NCBI RefSeq assembly: GCF_018350175.1
Contig: NC_058368.1
Coordinates: forward strand, 120,654,001 to 120,718,000
From: Felis catus
Taxonomy: Eukaryota
Length of the DNA: 64,000 nt
Reading direction: 5' to 3'
Below the pieces are notes generated by a model. The model had not been told where the DNA came from and made no database searches. It saw only the letters and a list, made by a program, of their open reading frames with translations. Each line of letters begins with the position of its first letter. Positions within the stretch are counted from its first letter, which is position 1. Of the stretch, positions 52,495 through 64,000 are shown piece after piece. The position numbers and the translations under genes are program-made.

Positions 52495-53029
52495 AAAAGA
52501 GTCTCTCTTATGTTCTCTGGTTTAAATCTCAATGAGCATATAAAACAGCCAGCCCTAGAATAAAGCCACAAAGTGGGGTACCTTCTGGAACTCTCTTCAG
52601 GTCAAAGGGGCTCCCGGACACGGTTTACACCCTCCGTCTCTCCTAATCCCATGAACAAGAGAAGAGTCCAAGTGCCCTAACTAGTCTGCCATCTCAGTGA
52701 GCCCTAGATTTTCTGACCCAGTCCAGCCTGGACTCCATGGAGCACAGAAGAAAAGCCAGTGTAAAAGAACAACCAACATAGAGATTACTAAAATAATAAA
52801 TAAATAAACTTAAAATAATAAATAAAGAAGAACCAGCATATAAAAGAGCTAACCAAAGAACTCTTCCAGATAAGAAATAAGGTGCTGGAAGTCTGTCTGG
52901 GTTGGAGAGTTTGGACAATCGATGGTTACCTCCACTCTAAAAGCACAGAGCAGTGCAGGGTCTAGTCACCCTAAGTAGCCTATTGTCTCAGGGGACTCTG
53001 GGATCCTAGCCCACACCAGCCCCAAATGT

Positions 53030-54430
53030 CCCAAGGCAATCACAGGGCAGTGCACACGAGGACACCCCTGAGGAGTGCTCATGATAGCCCCAGGCTTCAC
53101 GCCAAAATGACACAGGGGCAAAGCACCCTGGAATTCTTGAGACACACAGGCCTTTGGAACCTCTTGGCCGAGACCTCTTTTGGATCCAGCCACCCCATCA
53201 GGGCACCTCCTATACAGAGTGCCCTCTAACATCCACACCCACAGCAGTTTCAGCTCCAGTCACCCAGAGAGGGCACTACCTGCACTGAGCACCCCAGGAC
53301 CCCCCAGCTTGCACCTACTTTAGTCTCAGCTGTCCCGTCAGGGTACCCTCAGTGTGGACATCCCCCAGACACCCCAGCTTGTACCCACTTTAGCTTCTGC
53401 TATTTTGCCAGGGCACACTGTGCAGAGAGCCCAGGAACTATACCCGCCCATGCCCTCTTCAGCTTATCTGTGCTGCCAGGGCACTCTGCCTGGAGCACCC
53501 CAGGAACCCCCAGCCTGCACCCTCGTAGGCTCCAGCCATCCCTCCATGCACCCTCTATGCAGAGAATCTTAGACTACTCCAGTTTATACCCACTTCAACC
53601 TCAGCTATTCTGCTAAAGTGCCCTCTTTGTAGAGCCCTGAGATCCATGACTCGTACCCAATTCAGCTTTGGCTACCCTACTGAGCACCCTCAGCATGGAG
53701 AACCCAAGGCCATGCTGCCCACATACTGTGTGAGTTCAAGGCCCCCTGCCAGGACAGAGGTACCCCAGCTTGCACCCACCTCAGCTTAAACTGTCCTGCC
53801 AGGGTGCCCACTGTGCAGACAAGCCCAGGATCCCCTGGCTTGCATCTACTCCAGCTTCAGCTGTTCTTCCAGGATGCCTATTACATGGAGAGCCCCAGAA
53901 CGTCCTGGCCCACACCCTATCTCAGCTTCACCCAGCCTGCAAAGGCACTCCCTACACACAGAGCCCCAGAACACCCCAAATAACATCTACTTTAGCTTCA
54001 GCTAACTTGCCAAAATGCCCTCTGTGCATAGAGCCTTGAGAGATCCCAGGTGGCACCCATTTAAGCTTCACTTGTCCCGCCATGGGTGTCATCTGCATGT
54101 AGAACCCTGGGACAGCCCAGCCTGCACCCACTTCAGCTTTAGCTGTCCTATGTGGAGAGCCCAGGTATTGCACTGACCTGTGTGGCATTGCTTTGTGGGG
54201 AGCCCAAGTACTGCATTGACTTGTGCCCACTTCAGCTTTAGCTGTATTTCCAGAGCTCCCATTGTGTGGAGAGCCACAGGACCCCTCATCTTGAACCGCT
54301 TCAGCTTCAGCTGTCCTGCCAGGGTACTCTCTGCATGGAGAGCCTCAGGACCACCCCAGCCCACACCCACTTCAGCTCTGGTCAGCCCACTTGGGCAGCC
54401 CCAGCATAAAGAGTCCCATGACCGCAAGTC
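53030..54430 (+). repeat. Degenerate ~70-bp tandem array (about 16-20 units) in the L1 5'UTR
   Basis: Motif gcacccacttcagctt.agctgtcctgccaggg...ggagagcc..agga recurs at ~53311, 53381, 53450, 53517, 53586, 53653, 53772, 53842, 53912, 53983, 54053, 54124, 54223, 54293 and 54363. Confidence 0.9.
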
Positions 54431-57400
54431 CATACCAGCCACAGCTCCAGACAGGCAGCAAAAGCCACCACACACATACCACCTACAAAGGGGATGACCA
54501 TACACAAGACCATTCCTCCAAGTTCCTGAGAAGTAGGTGTACCACCTAATCCTCAGAAATAAACAAAGGTAGTAAAGCAAAATGGGGAGATGGGAATATG
54601 CTGCAAAAGAAAGAACCAGATAAAACCTCAGAAAAAGAACTAAATGAAATAAAGATAGACAATATGCCTGATAAAGAGCTTAAAGTAATCACTGTAAATG
54701 TGCTTACTGGTCTGGAGAAAGAATAGAACTCATACCTTCAAAAAAAGATCAAACAGAAAAAAAGAAGCAATCAGAGTTTAAGAATATAATAACTGAAATG
54801 AAAAATACTTTATAGGGAATCAACAGTACATTAACAGACACAGAAGAATGATTCAGTGACCTGGAAGACAAGGCAATGAAAACCACCCAAACTGGACAGC
54901 AAAAAGAAAACAATTTTAAAACATGAGTATACATCAAGTATTCTCTTAGTCAACAGCAATAAAAAAAAACCCATGCATATTATAAGGGTCCCAGAAGAAG
55001 AGAGGGAGTTAAACAGAGTGGTGAAGAAAACTTATCTGAAGAAATAACAGCTGAAAGATACCCTAGCCTAGGGAAAGAAACAGACATCCAAGTTCACCAA
55101 TCACAGAGAGTTCCACACAAGATAAAACCAAGGCAGTAGAACCCATGAAACATGATAATTAAGTATCAAAAATTAAACATTAAGAGAATTTTAAAAGCAA
55201 GAGAAAAGAAAAAAGTTACATGCAAGAAAAAACCCTTAAGGCTATCAGCTGATTTTTTGGCAGAAATTTTAAGGGTGAGAAGAGAGTGACATGATTTATT
55301 GAGTGCTGAAAGGACAAATCCACAACCAAGAATACTCTACCCAGCAAAGTTATCATTGAAAATTGAAGGAGAGATAAAAGAGTTTCCTAGGCAAAAAAAA
55401 AAAAAAAAAAAAGAGGAGTTTATCATTATTAAACCAGCCTTACAAGAAATGTTAGAAGGAATTCTTTTTAAGTGGAAAAAACTATCATTAGACATGACAA
55501 AATTATAAATCAAAAGATATGAACTATGTCAGCATATAGAGAAAATATGGAGTAAAAAAGTGTTTTTTAGAATATATTTGAACTTAAATGACCAAATTAA
55601 TATAGACTACTACATACCAAAATATAATATATGAAACTCATTGAAACTACAATCCCCAAACTTATAATGGGTATAAAAAAGATAAAGAGGAAGAAAACCA
55701 AGCATAACACTACAGAAACTCATCAATCACAAAGAAAGAGAACAAGAAGAAACAGAAAACTCCAAAACAACCATAAAACAATTAACAAATTGCTAATAAG
55801 CTCATAACTATCAATAATTATTTTTAACGTAAATAGCATAAATGCTCCAATCAAAAGATACAGGGTGGAGGAATGGATAAAATAAACAAAACACAAAAAT
55901 GTTTATATACTGCCCACAAGAGACTCACCTCAGATCCAAAGACACATGCAGACTGAAAGTGAAAGAATAGAAAAGCATTCACCATGTAAATGGAAGCAAA
56001 ATAATAATAATAATAATAATAAGTCAGGGCAGCAATATTTACATCAGACAACAGACACTTTAAAACAAAGATTGTAACAAGAGACAAAGAAGGACATTAC
56101 ATAATGGTAAAGGGATCGATCCAAAATGAGGCTATAACAATTGTAAATATCTACACACCCAATACCAGAGCACCTAAATACAAAAGTCAGATATTAATGG
56201 ATATAAAGAGTAATTTATGGTAATACAGTAATAGTAAGAAATTTTAACACCCCACTCACATCAATGGATAGATCATCCAGGCAAAAAAAAACAAACAAGG
56301 AAACAGTGTCTTTGAATGACATATTAGCCTAGAGGTATATAACAGAGACATACAGAATATTCCATCCAAAACAAAAGAATACACCCTTGTTTCAAGTGCA
56401 CAGGGAACATTCTCCAGAATATATCACATGGTAGGCAACAAAAAAGACTCAAAAAATTTAAGAGGACTGAAATCATACCATGCATCTTTTCTGACCACAA
56501 CAGCATGAAACTAGAAATCAATCATAAGAAAAAAAAAAACTGGAAAAGAAAACAAATACATGAGGCTAAAAACAATGATACTAAACAACCAACGAACCAT
56601 TTAAGAAACCAAGAAAAAATTTAAAAATACATAGAGACTAATGAAAATGAAAACACAAGGGTCCAAAATCTTTGGGATGCAACAAAAGCAGTTCTAACAG
56701 GAAAGTTTATACCAGTATAGGCCTATAGCAAGAAACAAGAAAAATCTCAGATAGACAATCTAACCATACACCTAAAGGAACCAGAAAAATAATCATGTCC
56801 ACCCTTAGTTGGAAGAAATACTAAAGATCAAAGCAGAAATAACTGACATACGAACTAAAAAACAACAGAAAAGTTCAATGAAACCAAGAGCCGTTTCACT
56901 CGAAAAATACACAAAAATGATAAATTGTTAGCCAGACTCATTAAGAATAAAAGGAAGAAAAAAAATAAAAGGAAGAAATAAATGAAAAATAAAGAGGAGA
57001 AATAAAACTGACACCACAGAATTGCAAAGGATTAAAAGAGACTACTACAAAAAATTATATGCCAACTAATTAGACAACTTGGAAGAAATAGATAAATTCC
57101 TAGAAACATACAATTTTCCAAAACTAAGTCAGAAAAAAAAAATATAAAATCTCAACAGATCAATGACTAGTAACAAAATTGAATTGGTAATCCAAAAACT
57201 AAAAACAACACAAAGCTCCAAGACCAGATGGATTCACTGGTCAATTCTACCAAATACTTAAAGAAGAATTAATACCTATTTCCTTTCAATTTTTCCAAAA
57301 AGTAGAAGAGCAATCTATTTCTTTTCAAATATATTCCACACAGCCAGCATTACCCAGATACCAAAACCAGAAAAAGGTATCACAAAAGAAAGGTAACTAT

Positions 57401-59558
57401 AGGCCAATATCCCTTATAAACATAAATGCACAAATCCTTAACAAAATATTAGCAAACTGAATTCAACAATACATTAAAGGATCATTCACCACAATCAAGT
57501 GGTATTTACTCCAGGTATACAAGGATGGTTCAATATTCACAGATCAATAAACGTGACACACCACATCAAGAAAAAGAAGCATAAAAACAATCTGAACATC
57601 TCAATAAATGCTGAAAATTATTTGACAAAATTCAACATTAGTTCATGATAAAAACTCTTAATAAAGTAAGTTAGAGTTTTTCCTCTAATACCCAGAATAA
57701 GACAAGGATGTCCAATTTCAACACTTTTGTTCAACATAGAACTGTAACTCATAGCCACAGTGACCACACAAGAAAAATAACAGGCATACATATTAGTTAG
57801 AAAAAATTAAACTGTCACTATTTATAGATGACATAACACTGTACATAGAAAACCCTAACGGTTCCATGAAAAACTACTGTAAGTAAGAAATAAATTTAGA
57901 AAAGTTGCAGGATACAAAATTAATACCTAGAAATCAATAATATTTCTAAACACTAATAATGAAGTAACAGAAAGAAAATCTAAGAAAACAATCCTATTTA
58001 TTACTGCACCAAAAAAAGAATAAAATTCCTGGGAATAAACTTACCCGAGGAAGTCAATGACCTGTACTGTAAATATTATAACACACCAATGAAAGAAATT
58101 AAAGATGACACAAATGGAAAGATATTCCATGCTCACAGACTGGAAGAATTATTGTTAAAATATCCATACTACCCAAAGCAATCTACAGATTCAATGCAAT
58201 CCCTCCTAAAATACCAAAGGCATTTTTCACAAAAATAGAACAAATACTAAATTTTGTATGGAACCACAAAAGAGCACAAATAGCCAAAGCAATCTTGAAA
58301 AAGTAGAACAAAGCTAGAGTTATCACAATTCCAGATTTCAAGATATACTACAAACCTGTAGTAATCCAAACAGTATGGTAATGGCACAAAAACAGATACA
58401 AACATCACTGAAAGAGAATAGAGAGCCTAGAAACATACCACAAGTAAATGATCAATTATTCTATGACAAAGAAGGAAAGATTACACAATGCAGAAAAGAC
58501 AGTCTCTTCAATAAATAAATGGTGCTGGGAAAACTCGACAGAGAACAATGAAAGCAGACCGCTTAATTACACCATATGCAAAAATAAACTCAAAATGAAT
58601 TGAAGACCTAAATATGATACCTGAAGACATAAAAGTTCTGTAAGAGAACCTAAGAAGTAATTTCTTTGACATTGGCTATACCAACAGTTTTCTACCTATG
58701 TCTCCCTAAGGAAAGGGAAACCAAAACAAAAATAAGCTCTCGGGACTACGTCAAATAAAAAAAACAAAAACAAAAAAAAACACTTTTGCACAGTAAAGGA
58801 AACCATCAATAAAACAAAAAAGGCAGCCTAATGAATGGGAGAATATATTCACAAATGATATATCCAATAAGGGGTTCATATCCAAAATATATAAAGAAAT
58901 TAAACACTAAAAAAAAAAACTCACAAAAACTGTGCAGAGAATCTGAGTAGACATTTTTCCAAAGAAGAGATACATCGACACATAAAACCACAGACACATA
59001 AAAAGATGCTCAACATCACTAATCATCAGGGAAATACAAATCAAAACCAGAATGAGGTATTACCCCCACATCTGTCAAAATGACTAAAATCAAGAAGACC
59101 AGAAACAACAAGTGTTGGCAAGGATGTGGGGAAGAAGGAACCCTTGTGGGCTATTTGTGGGAATGTAAGCCGGTACAGCCAGTGTGTAGAACACTATGGA
59201 GATACCTACAAAAATTAAAAGTAGAAAGGTCATATGCTGCAATAATTCTATTACTAGGTATTCATTCAAAGAAAATGGAAACACTAATTCAAAAAGATAC
59301 ATGCACTCCTATGTTTATTGAAACATTATTTATAATAGCCGAGATATGAAGGAAACCCAAGGACCTATAAATAGATAAATGAAGAAGCTGTTATAAAAAA
59401 GGGTGGGATCTTGCCATTTGTGACAAAATGGATGGACCTAGATGGTATTATGCTAAGTGAAATAAGTCAAGCAGAGAAAGACAAATACCACATGATTTTA
59501 CTCATATGTGGAATGTAAAAAACAGAACAAATGAATAAACAATGAAAAAGCAGAAACA

Positions 59559-59734
59559 GGGGCACCTGGGTGCTTCAGTTGGTCGAACATCTGACTCTTG
59601 ATTTCACTCAGATCATGATCCCAGGGTCATAGGATGGAACCCTGTTCCAGGCTCTGCACTGAGTGTGGAGCCTGCTTGGAACTCTCTCTCTATATCTCTC
59701 TCTCCTCCTGTTCCTCTCCCCTGCTAGCTCTCTC

Positions 59735-59782
<48 letters not shown>
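59559..59782 (+). mobile_element. Older Can-SINE whose tail is (ATAG)12, in the L1 3'UTR
   Basis: Head ggggcacctgggtgcttcag; (ATAG)12 at 59735-59782; TSD remnant agcagaaaca / agcagaatca. Confidence 0.92.
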
Positions 59783-60104
59783 CAGAATCAGACCTATAAA
59801 CACACAGAAAAAAACAAAGGTTGTTAGAGGGGAGGTGGATAGGGTGGTATGGTCAAAATGGGTGAAGGACGGTGGGAGATACAAGCTTCCAGTTAGGGAA
59901 TGAGTAAGTTATGGGAATAAAAAGTAGGGCACAGGGCATATAATCAAAGGCACTGTAATAGTGTTGCATGGTAGCTACACTTGTAGTAAGATTAGAACAA
60001 ATAAAGATGTTGAATCATAATGTTGTACACCCGAAACTAAAATAAGAATGAGTGTCAAATTTTAAAAGCGTTTTCAAAAAAGAGAACACATCTGGTAGAA
60101 TGAT

Positions 60105-60330
60105 AATAGCCAACAGGTATTAAGCATTTGATATAGACCAATCGATGAATTAAGGCTTGGAATGCCTATGTAACTTAATTCGCACAACATAGCAGGTGCA
60201 ATTAACCCCAAATTACAAAAGAAGAAATTGAGGCTGTAAGATGAAGTGACTCTCCCAAGCTTACACAGCCAATGAGTGGCAGAACTAGAATTCCAACTCA
60301 AGTCTGTCTGGCTTAAGAGCCTAAGAGACT
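60105..60330 (-). mobile_element. MIR fragment
   Basis: ccccaaattacaaaagaagaaattgaggctgtaagatgaagtgactctcccaagcttacacagccaatgagtggcagaactagaattc. Confidence 0.75.
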
Positions 60331-61589
60331 CATTCACTCAGAGACTCTGGAAAGGGTAAAAGAGCCTCTTTGACAGTCATAAAGGATTTTCTCAGGTCTT
60401 TTATCCAGTATTCTAGATTCTTACTAACTTACTGAATTGTCCTCGCTATATCCAACGATCACCTTTCCACCGACCATGTGTATAATTTATTATGGTAGGT
60501 AAACACTACACATTTCCATCCTCAAGAGCAAATATCCATTTGTTTTTTACCTCAACTCCCGTGCAAAATTACTTCAATAAGACTTTTAAAATCCCAACAA
60601 AACAAATCCATCACATCAGTAGACAGATAAAGCAATAAGGGTAGATTTCTTAAGTAACCTTGACTCACAGTATACCAGAGAGAGGGATGAACAGGTGAGT
60701 CTATATAATCCTTAATAAAATCATGGATTACTGTTAAACATTTTCATTATGTCCCTTTAGAGAGACAGAGAGGATTAGGGAGATCCAATCAACTACGCAA
60801 ATTGAATTATCACACAATGTCTCCATTATTCATTTGAGCTTCTCAAATGATTGAATAAGCTCTCCTTTTATTTGATCCTAATAAGGAAGTGTAGCTCAAC
60901 TGGTGCCATTAAAGACCAAACAAAATTGACGATGGAATGAAAATCTGTTCAGTGGCTAGAATCACTAACTAGTATGTAATGAGCCTTTTTATTAAAGAGA
61001 GTGTTTAATATTCATGATTTATAATAATTAGTGATTTATTTTAAGATGGACTAGTTAGTTGGGGTTTTGTGTTGTATATTATGGCCGTAAAATTTAACGA
61101 TATTTTTCTGTAAAGAGAAAAATCATCTAAAATTTTTTGAAAAACAATGTACAAGCAGAAAAACTTTTTTAAAACATGGAGAAAAAAAAATGCCATCGGG
61201 TTAACTACAACATGGATAGGATGGATTTTGAGCCGATCTTCTAACATATGCAGTAAGCACATATCTAATTAAGTTAATGGAAATAATAAAGTTTAAATCA
61301 AGTATTCACAAGAATTTTTAACAATTTTCTCTCTCCATGTGTATATATGTATGTAGAGATTGAGGGAAATAACTATATTTTATTTCCTTTCATAAGGTGA
61401 TCCTGCTGATGACATTGTCTCTTAGTAAGTAGTTTTTAACACATCAGATGAGTTTAGAATACACCAGAATCTTGGGAATTTATGGAAGTCAGAGATAGCA
61501 GGTCATGCATACCTTGTTTAAAGTTCCCACCAAGAAGATGGTTGTCTAGACATTAAGAAAAAGGAATCCAACAAAAAAGAACACAGAAT

Positions 61590-62040
61590 TTAGAGGCTGG
61601 AAGTCACTGATTTAAATCCAGTTTCTGCCATTTACTAATGTTGTTAGTGAAAATAACCTCTTAGAACCTGATCAGTGAAATCTGGATAATAACATCCGTC
61701 TTACAAAATTGTTCTGAAAGTTACATGAGGTGTTAAGTACCTTGTGTAGAATGGTGTTTTACAGTAGGCATGTCGGGGTGCCTGGGTGGCGCAGTCGGTT
61801 AAGCGTCCGACTTCAGCCAGGTCACGATCTCACGGTCCGTGAGTTCGAGCCCCGCGTCGGGCTCTGGGCTGATGGCTCAGAGCCTGGAGCCTGTTTCCGA
61901 TTCTGTGTCTCCCTCTCTCTCTGCCCCTCCCCCGTTCATGCTCTGTCTCTCTCTGTCCCAAAAATAAATAAACATTGAAAAAAAAATTATAGTAGGCATG
62001 TCAATGTAGCAATTATTACTAGTACTATAAATACTGCTAT
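61590..62040 (+). mobile_element. MIR fragment split by a SINE
   Basis: tttaaatccagtttctgccatttactaa...ataacctcttagaacctg...ggataataacatcc. Confidence 0.6.
61775..61986 (+). mobile_element. Young felid Can-SINE
   Basis: TSD ttac/tagtaggcatgtc at 61759-61774 and 61987-62002. Confidence 0.97.
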
Positions 62041-63394
62041 TAACAGTAAAAATACATCATGTACATATCCTATGCCAGATACTATAATGGAACCTTCAAA
62101 CACAGCAACATTTTACTGTGCGCAGAAACAACTATAGTTCTGTACATAGTGGCTTAACTGTGAGAAGATTTTTTTTCCTAACTAACTTGGCTTAAAGTCC
62201 AAAAAGTAATTATAATTTGAGTGTATAGGTACTGTAATGCATAACTCAAATACTAACTTATGAAATGAACATATAATCACTTAGTCTCTGAAATTATTTA
62301 ACAGATCAGGCGTTGTGCCTATTTCATGGTCTTTTCTTAGCACCAAGTGTAATTTAACATTAACTCAGAATCTATGTTTCATAATGTTGGGGACCTTGTC
62401 CTTCTTTGCGACTGTTACATCACCTGAACTTTGCAGAATGCTTGGCACATATGAGAAAGAGTTAAACATTTATGGATGAAAAAAAAATACATGACTATAT
62501 GGTCTTTCTGCATGATATTGCTCCTATCAGCCAGTGAAGTATAATACATTTGAAGATATGGATTTCTGATGTCACACACATCCTTACAGTGACACGGTAA
62601 GAACAACAAAAATGGAGAAGAAAAGGTCTTGGAATTTAAGAATGGGACCATCTCCTTTGGCCTTATGAGCCATATCTTTTGCAGAGATTTTATTTCAATG
62701 AGAAGACTGAATTATATTAAGGGTGAAAGTGATAAGCTCTCAGAAAAATTCAAACGCAAGAAAGCATAATGAAGCGGACATTAAGAAATCAGATAACATT
62801 TGGCAGGTTCTTAAAATGCAGCCAATATTCATAACGAAACTTTATGAATTTGTAAGATTCCAGAATGTCAGGGATATAAAAATTAAAAGATAACTAGTAC
62901 TCAAGAAAGTAGGAGTTCACAAAGGAAATATATGCACAGAGACAAGGTCAGACAAACTAAAACTTTAGTACATGCTTGGGTTTTGGCCCCTTGCCCTTGT
63001 ACACTGTGCTATATTACATGGAATCCAGAGGATGCCTTTATACATTAAGAGATCTAAGGTTTCCTTTTCCCTAGGACTCAGTCTGGCTTCTGCTGGCCCT
63101 TCTAACAAGGTGGGACAAAGGATGCAGAATGGACTTCTTACAGTGATAGCAAAGACTCAACTGTTTTGCCTCTCACTAATTATGTATAAACAAAAACACA
63201 AACCACAAGGGATCCAGAGAAAGATAGGACTGATTCTTTCTCAGGTGCAAACAGCTGTTAGCCCACTTTAACTCTAGCTTCATGGATGACTGTGACCAAA
63301 AGGAGAACAGACGAAAGCCAACAAATCTGAGAGATGTCACCTCCACAATGTAATGGAACTAAAACAAAGATGGTACCCAAAAGATGGAATCCCA

Positions 63395-63551
63395 GGGCAC
63401 CTGGTTGGCTCAGTCCATTAAGCGTCCAACTTCACCTCAGGACATGATCTCACAATGTGTGAGTTCGAGCCTTGCATCAGGCTCCAAGCTGACAGTGCAG
63501 AGCCTGCTTAGGATTCTCTCTCTCACTCTCTCTCTCTCTGCCCCTCCCTCG

Positions 63552-63621
<70 letters not shown>

Positions 63622-63639
63622 TAAATAAACTTAAAAAAA
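63395..63639 (+). mobile_element. Can-SINE with expanded (CT)n(CA)n
   Basis: Head gggcacctggttggctcagtcc; microsatellite ~63548-63618; short TSD gatggaat. Confidence 0.93.
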
Positions 63640-64000
63640 TGATGGAATTGCATGATAGTAAGAATGACTCACTATTTTTGACAGTAATCCTAGGATGGAG
63701 AAGTAAAGAGAAGTCTTGATTTTACTTTCCAAATATGCATGCAAAATGCCTGAAAAACTGTAATTGACAAATCCAAGCTTCTGGAATTAAGTTTAAACTG
63801 GCCCCCTGTTTCTCTTTGTAAGCTTTTAAATTACCTTTTGAATGGATTTCCCATAAGAGAAGATTATCATAAGGGATGATGGTACTGATTATTGCCAAAA
63901 AGGTCATCCACTCAGTCCAAACATTATTCCTAATGAGGACTGTGGGCACCTGCCCATCAAGAAAGAAAGTATCCTGGCAGCAGATCTCCTAATTCCCTGC

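Larger units (their letters stand above)
51838..52515 (-). mobile_element. Antisense L1 3' terminal fragment inserted in the old L1 5'UTR, itself hit by two SINEs
   Basis: ttcaagtttttatttaaactccagtt...aacacccagtgctcatc...aaccctcagtttgttctct, the reverse complement of an L1 3'UTR (compare 13740-13835). Confidence 0.85.
51325..60066 (+). mobile_element. Old near-full-length LINE-1 (carnivore L1_Carn-like) with a long repeat-containing 5'UTR
   Basis: Degenerate ORF1 from ~54582 (PRILYPAKLSLKIEGEIKEF), ORF2 ~55790-59510, 3'UTR to ~60066 resembling that at 16428-17019. The 5' boundary is inferred. Confidence 0.85.

Noticed and set aside
53030..54430. Regularly spaced repeats resembling a CRISPR array
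   Set aside because: Whole units are degenerate copies of one another with no unique spacers, there are no cas genes, and the context is a mammalian L1 5'UTR.

Overview
Mammalian genomic DNA, almost certainly felid (cat family), judged from the felid-type Can-SINEs and L1s. It is AT-rich and roughly half LINE-1 by eye. I recognise no host protein-coding exon, rRNA, tRNA or CRISPR array; the ORF track is explained by L1 ORF1/ORF2 fragments, their antisense shadows, SINEs and microsatellites. The main elements are a full-length young L1 with a 15-bp TSD (7992-13892), an older L1 (~15691-28390) carrying three nesting levels including a second young L1 (20807-26957), and another old near-full-length L1 (~51325-60066) with a ~70-bp tandem array in its 5'UTR. 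There are also about 21 Can-SINEs (most with visible TSDs), ERV/MaLR solo LTRs, MER91A, L2, MIR and microsatellites. The most striking observation concerns the two young L1s. They have separate TSDs and clearly different 5'UTR, ORF1 and 3'UTR, yet share the same frameshifts and stops across ~3 kb of ORF2, which points to ectopic gene conversion between copies 13 kb apart. Repeat family names come from my recall of consensus sequences, not from a database search, and old-repeat boundaries are approximate.
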